From NCBI RefSeq assembly GCF_032586175.1, contig NZ_JAWHTE010000015.1, positions 7,247 through 39,246 of the forward strand: a DNA stretch of 32,000 nt, written 5' to 3'. Under the pieces are notes generated by a model. That model worked only from the letters and a program-made list of their open reading frames with translations, did no database searches and had not been told where the DNA came from. Origin of the DNA: Ovoidimarina sediminis. GTDB lineage: Bacteria; Pseudomonadota; Alphaproteobacteria; Rhodobacterales; Rhodobacteraceae. Made by a program: the position numbers and the translations under genes. Position 1 is the stretch's first letter. Each line of letters opens with the position of its first letter. Shown here piece after piece: positions 9,464 to 19,451 of the stretch.

Positions 9464-9724
9464 ATGCCAAAAGTTGAAGACCTTGCCGACGATCTGGCGC
9501 AACGGGCGCTCGATCTCGAGGACGAAACCGGGGACGAAACGGTGATCAAGAAGGTGGGGGATGCGCTTGCCTCGCTCTCGCCGACATTTGAAGAGGCCTA
9601 CAACACGGCGATCCGGATGCGGCGGGCGGAGCGGCGGGGCCTGGCCGTGATCCGCAGCATCGAAAAGGGAACGGCGCCACCGGCGCTACCGCCGAGGTTC
9701 GAGGACGATCCGGGGGGGCATTGA
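9464..9724 (+). CDS. Hypothetical small acidic protein (86 aa from ATG 9464; 97 aa if ATG 9431 is used)
   Basis: ORF with high GC3. ATG 9464 is preceded by GCAGGGA, whereas ATG 9431 has no Shine-Dalgarno. I recognise no family. Confidence 0.4.
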   Translation: MPKVEDLADDLAQRALDLEDETGDETVIKKVGDALASLSPTFEEAYNTAIRMRRAERRGLAVIRSIEKGTAPPALPPRFEDDPGGH

Positions 9725-9760
9725 ACCTTAGATTGCCCGGAATAGAGGGGCGTCAGCCCC

Positions 9761-9897
9761 GCCGGGCAGGGCCCGACCGCCCGGACGGGCGGGCCCTATT
9801 GTGACGGTGCATGCAGCGGAACTGTCATGTGGGATTGTGAGATAAAGCGCGCCGCATCAATGGCAGTGGGCCCGCCCGCGGTCGGGCCCTGCCCGGC
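9761..9897. repeat. Long GC-rich imperfect inverted repeat (20 bp + 10 bp arms, 6-nt bulge) enclosing a 71-nt AT-richer loop
   Basis: 9761-9780 pairs perfectly with 9878-9897, and 9787-9796 pairs perfectly with 9868-9877. I verified this base by base. It lies between convergent genes. Confidence 0.6.
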
Positions 9898-9920
9898 TTC
9901 TTGCGGTGTGGGATATGTCA

Positions 9921-9950
9921 AATGAAAACGGCCCGCGAGCGGGCCGTTTC
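9921..9950 (-). terminator. Rho-independent terminator of acnA (potentially bidirectional)
   Basis: Stem CGGCCCG (9929-9935) pairs with CGGGCCG (9940-9946) around a 4-nt loop, flanked by an A-run and T-run. On the minus strand the stem is followed by TTTTCATTT, about 25 nt after the acnA stop. Confidence 0.6.
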
Positions 9951-9970
9951 AGTAGAGTATGGAGCGCGCC

Positions 9971-12721
<2,751 letters not shown>

Positions 12722-12936
12722 GAAAACCTCCCTTGAATGTCTGGGATCTTGGGCACCCGTCTAGACGGTCTTTAAGGTGGTTCGCAAGGGGGGTGCGGCA
12801 TTTTGTATACCATTGTGCACCGAAACTTTGCCGCGCCGCCAACCGTCATTGTCACACACTCTCGCAAAACCTTGATTGGCAGAGCGGGGCGCATCGCGCT
12901 ACACCCCCCGGGTACCTGAAATACTGCGGTGACGGC

Positions 12937-13644
12937 ATGCGTACTCGGCTTATCGGCCTTCTTATAGCTTTGATGACCCTGCTTGCGGTGCCCGCGTCGG
13001 CCGACCGGCTTGTGGTGATCGAGCTTTTCACCTCGCAAGGCTGTTCAAGCTGCCCGCCCGCCGATGCGCTTCTGGGCGAGCTTGCCGCGCGCGACGATGT
13101 GCTGCCGCTCGCGCTCCATGTCGATTACTGGGATTACATCGGCTGGAAAGACGCGTTCGCGAGCCACGAGAACACCGAACGCCAGCGGGCCTATGCCGCC
13201 GCGGCGGGCAGCCGGACGATCTATACCCCTCAGATGATCGTCGGCGGGCGTGATCACGTGATCGGCTACAAGCCGATGAAGCTTGCCATGCTGATCGAGA
13301 AGCATGGCGAAAGCACGGAACCCGCGAAGGTGACGCTGACGCGCCGGGGGCCGGATCTTCTGGTCGAGATTGCGCCTGCGGGGCGCGTCCCGGCGGCTCA
13401 GGCCGGGGGGCCGATCCAGCTTGTTCTGTTCCGCGCATCGGAAACGGTGGATATCCGCAGGGGCGAGAATGCGGGCAAGACCTATACCTACCACAACATC
13501 GTGGAGGAGCTGCGCCCGATCGGGACCTGGGACGGGAAGACGCGGGTAGAACTGAAGGTGCCGAATGTCGGATCGTCCGAAATAGCGGTGCTTGTTCAGG
13601 CGCCGGACAACGGGCCGATCCTCGGCGCGGCGCGGGTGCGCTGA
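12937..13644 (+). CDS. DUF1223 domain-containing secreted protein (thioredoxin-like)
   Basis: Signal peptide MRTRLIGLLIALMTLLAVPASA followed by VVIELFTSQGCSSCPPAD...HVDYWDYIGWKD, typical of DUF1223. I place the start at ATG 12937 rather than the tracked 12733. Confidence 0.75.
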   Translation: MRTRLIGLLIALMTLLAVPASADRLVVIELFTSQGCSSCPPADALLGELAARDDVLPLALHVDYWDYIGWKDAFASHENTERQRAYAAAAGSRTIYTPQMIVGGRDHVIGYKPMKLAMLIEKHGESTEPAKVTLTRRGPDLLVEIAPAGRVPAAQAGGPIQLVLFRASETVDIRRGENAGKTYTYHNIVEELRPIGTWDGKTRVELKVPNVGSSEIAVLVQAPDNGPILGAARVR

Positions 13645-13654
13645 GCTCGGATCG

Positions 13655-14521
13655 CTATTTCCAGCGTCGGTGGATCCAAAACCACTGCTCGGGATGTTCG
13701 TCGATCAGTCTTTCAAGACAGGCGTTCAGCGCGCGCGTCATGGTTTCGGGGTCGCTTGGCGGGATCGGCGCCTCGACCTGCACGCGGAAGCTCAGCCCGT
13801 CTTCCTTCCGGATGCCAAAAATCGGGATCAGCTCGGCCCCGTATTTGAGCGCCATTTCGGCAGCCGAAACCGCCGTGCGCGTAGGCTGGCCGAGAAACGG
13901 GATTTCGGGGGCTTCCTGCACGTAGATGTCGAAGAGAATGCCCATCATGCGGCCCTCTTTCAGCGCGCGGATGAAGGCGGCGGTACCACGGCGGCCCTGG
14001 GGCAGGAAAGGCTGGCCGAAAGGCGCCATCCGCTTTTCGTAATAGGTGTTGAAACGGGGGTTGCTGAGACGGCGGTAGAGCCCCCCGATCTCGAAGCCCC
14101 GGTGGCGTAGCGCGGCGCGCGCCGCCTCGTAATTGCCGAAATGCGCGGTGGCGGTGATTACGGGGCGTCCCGCCTCGCGGGCGGCCTCAAGCGCAGGAAG
14201 GCCGGGGCCGGTGATCTCGGTGCTGCCGGCCCGGGCGAGCATCTCTTCCGCCGAAAAGTTCTCGATCAGTGTGCGGCCGGCATTGTCGGTGACGGCGCGC
14301 TGGAAGCGGGCGATCTCGGCGGGCGTCATGCCCGGCCGGACAAGGGCAAGGTTTTCCGCCACGCGACGCCGCCAGCCCGCCAGCGGGGCTACGACGGTGG
14401 AAACGAGCCAGCCCATGAACGGCACGCGGAGCCGATAGGGCAGGGCCGCCGCGACACCCAGCGCCGTTCGGAAAAGCGCGTTCTGGATGCGCGCGGTCCA
14501 GTCTCTGTGCGATGCGGCCAC
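13655..14521 (-). CDS. LpxL/HtrB-like lauroyl acyltransferase (lysophospholipid acyltransferase family)
   Basis: About 288 aa with an N-terminal membrane anchor, an AHFGNYE (HX4E) catalytic motif and a C-terminal PEQWFWIHRRWK, typical of the Lip_A_acyltrans family. GTG start. Confidence 0.75.
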   Translation of the reverse strand: MAASHRDWTARIQNALFRTALGVAAALPYRLRVPFMGWLVSTVVAPLAGWRRRVAENLALVRPGMTPAEIARFQRAVTDNAGRTLIENFSAEEMLARAGSTEITGPGLPALEAAREAGRPVITATAHFGNYEAARAALRHRGFEIGGLYRRLSNPRFNTYYEKRMAPFGQPFLPQGRRGTAAFIRALKEGRMMGILFDIYVQEAPEIPFLGQPTRTAVSAAEMALKYGAELIPIFGIRKEDGLSFRVQVEAPIPPSDPETMTRALNACLERLIDEHPEQWFWIHRRWK

Positions 14522-14605
14522 CTGGGTGCCCCGGTTTGGTGTAGGGGCCAGAGATAGGCCGCCGCGCCCGGGCGCACAAGCCGTCGCGGCCTGCCCGCTG
14601 CCCCG

Positions 14606-15724
14606 TCAGCCTTGTTCGGTGTCCTTCGAGACGAGGTAGATCTCGCCTTCTTCTTCCAGCCGGCGCACCTCGGCCACGATCGCGCCCATGGCGGCGTCCG
14701 CCGTCATCTCGTCCACCGTGCCCAGATCCTGCACCTCCTCGCGCAGGGCATCGGCCATCCGTTGCGAGATGTTGTCGAGAATGAATTCCTGTGCTGCCTT
14801 CACCTCGGCCCCGCTGGCGGCGAGGGCGCGCACGACTTCGGCCTGATCGATCCCGCGCAGGATCTTCGGCACGTCGCTCGGATCGACGCGTTCGGGGATG
14901 TTGCCGAAGGTGAAGATCGCCTGCCGCACATGTTCGGCGAATTCCGCCTCCGATTCGTCGAGCCCTTCGAGAACGTCGTTCCGGGTGGCCGATCGGGCGG
15001 AGTTCAGGATCGCGCCGACGCGCTCGACCGGCCCTTCGCTGAAAGCGCGTTCGGGTTCGATGTCGAGCAGGCGGGCAAGAACCACGCCGATGCGCCGCAC
15101 GGTTTCGGGATCGACGGCGGCCGTGCGGGAAATCGCATAGGCGATGCGCCGGGCCTGCGCACCGGGGATCCGCCCGAGGATATCGGCGCTGGTCGAGACC
15201 GGAAGCTTGGCGAGGATGACCGCCGCCACCTCGATGCTTTCGGCCTCGACGACCGGCAGAAGGCTGTCGCTGTCCTGTTCCACGATCCGGGCCCATGGAT
15301 CTTCGGATTCGGCGAACCCAACCTGCGCGCGCACCCTTTCGGCAACGCTGGGGCTGACCGCGCCCCCAAGAAGATCAAGCGCGCGCGACATGCCGCCCGG
15401 TCCGAAGAGATCGGCGGTTTCCAGAAGGCCGGCGAATTCGTTCACGACGGCTTCCGTCGTGGCCTGGTCGATCGGGCCAAGCGCACCCACCTCGCGGATC
15501 AGATCGGCCTGTATGTGTTCGGGAAGGCGATGAAGCGACAGGGCGCCGCCGCCGCTGGCGATCAGGCGCACGATCAGGGCGGCCTTCTGCGGGCCGGTAA
15601 GCTGGACAGTGGCCGCGTCCGATCCGGCCGATGGCGCATCCGCCCCGCCAAGATCGGACAGGTCCATGGGAATTGGCGCAAGTTCCATGCAGGGACCATC
15701 CGGAATCAGTGATCCCGCGATCAT
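14606..15724 (-). CDS. fliG: Flagellar motor switch protein FliG homologue (full N, M and C domains)
   Basis: N-domain LTGPQKAALIVRL, M-domain IEVAAVILAKLP...RIAYAI and C-domain IFTFGNI...LRGIDQAEVVRAL...NISQRMADALREE...GEIYL are colinear with FliG. The start is ambiguous: ATG 15724, 15688 or 15667. Confidence 0.75.
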   Translation of the reverse strand: MIAGSLIPDGPCMELAPIPMDLSDLGGADAPSAGSDAATVQLTGPQKAALIVRLIASGGGALSLHRLPEHIQADLIREVGALGPIDQATTEAVVNEFAGLLETADLFGPGGMSRALDLLGGAVSPSVAERVRAQVGFAESEDPWARIVEQDSDSLLPVVEAESIEVAAVILAKLPVSTSADILGRIPGAQARRIAYAISRTAAVDPETVRRIGVVLARLLDIEPERAFSEGPVERVGAILNSARSATRNDVLEGLDESEAEFAEHVRQAIFTFGNIPERVDPSDVPKILRGIDQAEVVRALAASGAEVKAAQEFILDNISQRMADALREEVQDLGTVDEMTADAAMGAIVAEVRRLEEEGEIYLVSKDTEQG

Positions 15725-15756
15725 GCCCCAATGAAGGTTAATCCTGCGTGTTCAGA

Positions 15757-16290
15757 TCAGTAGCTGACGCCGCGTCCGCTGCGGATCGCCTGGTCGAGCG
15801 AAACCCAGGCCCAGGTCATCCGGCCGCCGCGCGCCCGGATCTCGCGCAGTTCGGCGCGGGCAAGATGCACATCGCTCGTCTCGACAAAGGCCTGCCCCAT
15901 ATAGGAGCGGGCCAGAAGGTTGTCGGGGTTCCGGGCAAGAGCCTGACGGTAATAGGCCATGCCCGCCGCGTGATCGCCGGATTTGCGGTGCGCAAACCCC
16001 AGATAGGTCAGAACACGGTCGTCCTGAGGGTCCGACATCGCCTGCAAGGCGGCGATGGCGGCCCCGTACTGGCCGGCATAGGCAAGCTCGCGCGCGGCAT
16101 CGTAAAGCGTGTCGTCGTCAAACCGGGCATCCTTCGGCGCGACACATGTCTTGCTGTCTGCGTCCCAGATCTGGCCGCCCGTGCACTCGGTCGTGGTGGG
16201 CGTCGGTTTCGGCGGAGCGGCGTCGTCGCCGCCCACGGCCCAGGCGAGCGTGGGCAGGGCAAGACAGACGGCAATCAGATTGGCGCGCAT
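15757..16290 (-). CDS. Secreted tetratricopeptide-repeat protein with an N-terminal Cys-loop motif
   Basis: Signal peptide MRANLIAVCLALPTLAWA, a Pro/Thr linker, CTGGQIWDADSKTCV, then TPR-like repeats (YAGQYGAAIAALQ..., YLGFAHRKSGDHAAGMAYYRQALARNPDN). I place the start at ATG 16290. Confidence 0.7.
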   Translation of the reverse strand: MRANLIAVCLALPTLAWAVGGDDAAPPKPTPTTTECTGGQIWDADSKTCVAPKDARFDDDTLYDAARELAYAGQYGAAIAALQAMSDPQDDRVLTYLGFAHRKSGDHAAGMAYYRQALARNPDNLLARSYMGQAFVETSDVHLARAELREIRARGGRMTWAWVSLDQAIRSGRGVSY

Positions 16291-16310
16291 GAATATCCCC
16301 GGCATAAGCA

Positions 16311-16335
16311 AGAGAGCGGCAGTGCGCCGCTCTCT
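16311..16335 (-). terminator. Perfect 10-bp stem / 5-nt loop hairpin between the mini-gene and the TPR gene (attenuator or partial terminator)
   Basis: AGAGAGCGGC (16311-16320) is the exact reverse complement of GCCGCTCTCT (16326-16335). On the minus strand it is followed by TTGCTTAT, which is only a weak U-tract. Confidence 0.45.
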
Positions 16336-16367
16336 TTCTGGCGTTCAGGCGTCGTCTGCCCGGGCGA

Positions 16368-16532
16368 TCAGCCCGTGACGGTGACGCAGGCCTTCTTTTC
16401 AGTGTCCCAGATGCTGCCGTCGGCACAGCTCATCGTCGCTTCCTGGTGGCCATAGCCGGAGCACATGGCGAAGGAGAGCGTGGGAAGGGCGCTGAGAAGC
16501 AGCGCGAACAGAACGGTCTTTTTTGTGGTCAT
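16368..16532 (-). CDS. Untracked 54-aa secreted Cys-loop mini-protein (MTTKKTVLFALLLSALPTLSFAMCSGYGHQEATMSCADGSIWDTEKKACVTVTG)
   Basis: Translated by hand because it is under 60 aa and so absent from the ORF track. ATG 16532 is preceded by GGAG with a 7-nt spacer. It has a classical signal peptide, about 80% GC3, and a C-x2-G-x-IWD-x3-K-x-CV motif shared with the neighbouring TPR protein. Confidence 0.55.
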   Translation of the reverse strand: MTTKKTVLFALLLSALPTLSFAMCSGYGHQEATMSCADGSIWDTEKKACVTVTG

Positions 16533-16637
16533 AAGGGCACTCCGCATCTGTGATACCCGCTAAGGTAGCACCGATCCGTGGCTCGTCCAAAAGAGAATCG
16601 CACATCTTCCCCGGTATGCGCCGGCTTTGCCGCCTTT

Positions 16638-17348
16638 TTACTCAGCCGCGGTGCGCTCTGTGATCTCGCGCGGCGCGGGTACCGGGCCCTTCTGGGACGG
16701 GTAGACGAGCCCTGCGGAGATGATCAGCTTGGCCGCATCCTCGACGCTCATGTCGAGTTCCTGGATATCGCGGCGCGGCACGAACAGCAGGAAACCCGAG
16801 GTCGGGTTCGGCGTCGTGGGCAGGAAGACGGAAACCTTTTCCTCCTCTCCCGGCATCTTTTCGTCGATCTCGTATTTCGCGGTGGAGGAGACGAAGGCGA
16901 TCGCCCAGATTCCTTCTCGCGGGTACTGCACGAGGCAGGCCTTGTCGAAGCTCGTATCCGATTGAGTGAAAACGGTTTCCGCGATCTGCTTCAATCCGCT
17001 GTAGACCGAGCGGACGACCGGAAGCGTCTCCACCACCCCTTCCGCCCAGCGGATCAACGAGCGTCCTATGAGCCCCTTGGCCATCCACCCCACGAGAATC
17101 GTGAAGATCAGGAAGAAGATCACGCCCACGCCGCGCAGGTTGATGCCGATATACTGTTCCGGGCGCAGGTTGTGCGGTACGAAAGGCAGCACCCAGCCGT
17201 CGATCCAGCCAACGACCGTCCAGATCAGCCAGGCGGTCAGGCCGATGGGCGCGATCACGATCAGACCGGTGAGAAAGCTCGCCCGAAGCCCGCCCAGAAT
17301 CGGGTGGCGCTTCTTTTTCGGGGTCAGGTCTTCGAAAGGTGTGGTCAT
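16638..17348 (-). CDS. DUF502 domain-containing membrane protein
   Basis: FLTGLIVIAPIGLTAWLIW...GVGVIFFLIFTILVGWMAK...LPVVRSVYSGLKQ...PNPTSGFLLFVPR is the typical DUF502 architecture. Confidence 0.8.
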   Translation of the reverse strand: MTTPFEDLTPKKKRHPILGGLRASFLTGLIVIAPIGLTAWLIWTVVGWIDGWVLPFVPHNLRPEQYIGINLRGVGVIFFLIFTILVGWMAKGLIGRSLIRWAEGVVETLPVVRSVYSGLKQIAETVFTQSDTSFDKACLVQYPREGIWAIAFVSSTAKYEIDEKMPGEEEKVSVFLPTTPNPTSGFLLFVPRRDIQELDMSVEDAAKLIISAGLVYPSQKGPVPAPREITERTAAE

Positions 17349-17426
17349 TTTGATCGGCGTCCGGCGCAGCAGTGTAAATCTAAGGAGTCACGCCGGGCGT
17401 TACAATGCGGCGTTGCGCCCATCGGC

Positions 17427-18341
17427 TCACCGCTCTGTTTCCTTGCTGAGTTCACAGGCGATCTCCGCCCCGAGGCGCGCATTGTTGAGCACGAGGGCGA
17501 TATTGGCCTCGAGGCTCGCGCCCTCGGTGGCCTTATAGACCCGGTCAAGAAGGAAGGGGGTGACGTCCTTGCCCCGAACGTTGTTCCGCTCGGCCTCGGC
17601 AAGGGCCGTCTCTATCACGGGCGCGAGGGTCTCTGCCGTGATCTCGTGCTCGGCGGGGATCGGGTTTGCCACAAGCTGACCGCCCGGCAGGCCAAGCGCG
17701 GCGCGCATCCGGTGCGCCCGCGCGATCTCGCGCGGCGTGTCGAGGCGGAGCGGTGCCGCGAGGCCTGAGGTGCGCGACCAGAAGGCGGGAAGCGCATCCT
17801 GACCGACCGCAATCACCGGCACGCCCAAGGTTTCCAGAACTTCCAGCGTCAGCGGCAGATCGAGAATCGCCTTGGCCCCGGCGGCGACGACCGTGACGGG
17901 CGTCTGCGCCAGTTCCTGAAGGTCGGCGGAGATGTCGAAGCTTTCGGCCGCACCCCGGTGCACACCGCCGATCCCGCCCGTCGCGAAAACCTCGATCCCG
18001 GCAAGTCGCGCGGCAATCATCGTGGCGGCGACGGTGGTCGCCCCGGTCCCGCCACCGGCCATGCAGACGGCAAGATCGGCGCGGGACAGCTTGGCCACGT
18101 CCTCGGCCTGGGCGAGCGCGGTCAGGGCAGGGCGGTCGAGCCCGATGTGAAGGCCCCCCCCCAGGACCGCGATGGTCGCCGGTTCCGCGCCGCCCTCGCG
18201 CACGGCCTCTTCCACCGCCAGCGCCGTTTCGAGGTTCCGGGGCCAGGGCATCCCGTGGGTGATGATCGTCGACTCCAGTGCCACGACCGGCCCGCCCGTG
18301 TCGAGGGCCCGTTCCACGGCGGGGGAGAGGATGGGGGTCAT
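17427..18341 (-). CDS. psuG: Pseudouridine-5'-phosphate glycosidase
   Basis: VVALESTIITHGMPWPRN and FATGGIGGVHRG motifs (IndA/YeiN family). The start at ATG 18341 forms an ATGA overlap with the kinase stop. The tracked 628-aa ORF is an artefactual upstream extension. Confidence 0.9.
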   Translation of the reverse strand: MTPILSPAVERALDTGGPVVALESTIITHGMPWPRNLETALAVEEAVREGGAEPATIAVLGGGLHIGLDRPALTALAQAEDVAKLSRADLAVCMAGGGTGATTVAATMIAARLAGIEVFATGGIGGVHRGAAESFDISADLQELAQTPVTVVAAGAKAILDLPLTLEVLETLGVPVIAVGQDALPAFWSRTSGLAAPLRLDTPREIARAHRMRAALGLPGGQLVANPIPAEHEITAETLAPVIETALAEAERNNVRGKDVTPFLLDRVYKATEGASLEANIALVLNNARLGAEIACELSKETER

Positions 18342-19228
18342 TCGACGTCTCCCGAAACATAGTTGGCCGCAGATGTCAGGGCATTGTTGAGCGCGGCGTG
18401 AGGTTCGGCCCCGCCACGCTCCGCCGCGATATGGGCGGCCATGAAGGTGTCGCCCGCCCCGGTCACCCGGGTGACCAGCACTTCCGGCGGCATGGCCTCG
18501 ATCAGCCCGTGGGGGCCGCAATCGGCAGCGGCGCGCCCGCCATCGGTGACGAGAACCCGGGCCGCGCCCCGCCCGTGCAGCGCCCGCGCGGCCTCTGCCG
18601 CATCGCCGAAACGGGCCTGGGCGAGAAGCCCCGCTTCCTCCAGATTGACGTAAAGCGTCGCGCCGGTCATCCCGAGCATAGGGGTCAGCCGCTCCGCCTT
18701 CCCGGGCGAGGCGGGCGCGATCCTGAGATCGGCGGCCGCGAAGAGCGGGCTCTTCGCGATATCGGCCAGAAGCGCCTCGGTCAGGTTGCCATCCAGCGCG
18801 ATCAGCCCCTCGAAGGGCGCATTGGCCGAACCCAGCCGCCCGTCTTCGAGCGGGGCGAGGATCTTCGCGCCCGCCGCCTCCAGCGAATGCGCATCCGCGA
18901 TGGCCGAGATCAGCCCGTTCGCCCCCTCGACCGCCATGTAGGTATCGGTCGGCAGATCGTCTGAGCGGTAGACGAAGCCCGTCATCATGCCGAACCGCTC
19001 GGCCGCCTGCATCAGTTCGTCGCCTTCGGCATCGCGCCCGATCGCCGTCAGAAGCGCCGGAGTGAGGCCGAAACGGCGCAGGGTCATGGCGATATTCATC
19101 GCAACCCCGCCGGGAAGCCGGGTGATCCGGCCCGGCACGTCCGATCCCACGCGCATCACGGCAGGCGCACGCCCGATGATGTCCCAGAGGACGGAGCCGA
19201 TGCAGAGGATATCGGGCGCATGTGCCAT
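18338..19228 (-). CDS. psuK: PfkB-family carbohydrate kinase, probable pseudouridine kinase
   Basis: PfkB signatures (GGVAMNIA near the N-terminus, TGAGDTF near the C-terminus). It is translationally coupled to psuG. Confidence 0.75.
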   Translation of the reverse strand: MAHAPDILCIGSVLWDIIGRAPAVMRVGSDVPGRITRLPGGVAMNIAMTLRRFGLTPALLTAIGRDAEGDELMQAAERFGMMTGFVYRSDDLPTDTYMAVEGANGLISAIADAHSLEAAGAKILAPLEDGRLGSANAPFEGLIALDGNLTEALLADIAKSPLFAAADLRIAPASPGKAERLTPMLGMTGATLYVNLEEAGLLAQARFGDAAEAARALHGRGAARVLVTDGGRAAADCGPHGLIEAMPPEVLVTRVTGAGDTFMAAHIAAERGGAEPHAALNNALTSAANYVSGDVE

Positions 19229-19451
19229 CGCCCTGCTTCTTCACCGTTTGCGGGATGCGTGCAAGCCGCTTTGACAACCCCGGGGCGCCGTCAGGACACA
19301 GTGGGCTTGCCAAGCCCGCGCAAAGGCTGTATCCGCCCGCCTACTTCACAGGCAGGGTCTGGGTCCCTGGGGGAGACATCCCCATGGATCCGCCGGTTGG
19401 GAGAAATCCCGTGATGGCCCTGCCGAGGCGCGAAACCGGAAAGGAAATGGC

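Noticed and set aside
14187-15296. 369-aa minus-strand ORF, and the 366-aa plus-strand ORF at 14612-15712
   Set aside because: These are an alternative frame of, and the antisense strand to, the fliG homologue and the acyltransferase. Composition is extremely Arg/Gly/Pro-rich, so they are not credible proteins.
15736-15741. TTAACC half-site considered as a CtrA site upstream of the fliG homologue
   Set aside because: It is a half-site only, because the position 7 nt away reads TGTT rather than TTAA. That is too weak to call as a feature, so it is only mentioned within the FliG finding.
16399-16605. Tracked 68-aa minus-strand ORF (MCDSLLDEPRIG...)
   Set aside because: It overlaps, in a different frame, the hand-translated 54-aa signal-peptide ORF. 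That ORF has a Shine-Dalgarno, higher GC3 and a motif shared with its neighbour. The 68-aa product has no signal peptide and no recognisable features.
16578-17768. 396-aa plus-strand ORF
   Set aside because: Antisense to the DUF502 gene and to the 3' end of psuG. Low-complexity shadow ORF.
18342-19313. Upstream 324 codons of the tracked 628-aa ORF containing psuG
   Set aside because: It overlaps psuK in another frame and is Arg/Gly/Pro-rich. psuG homology starts at ATG 18341, which has a typical ATGA overlap with the psuK stop.
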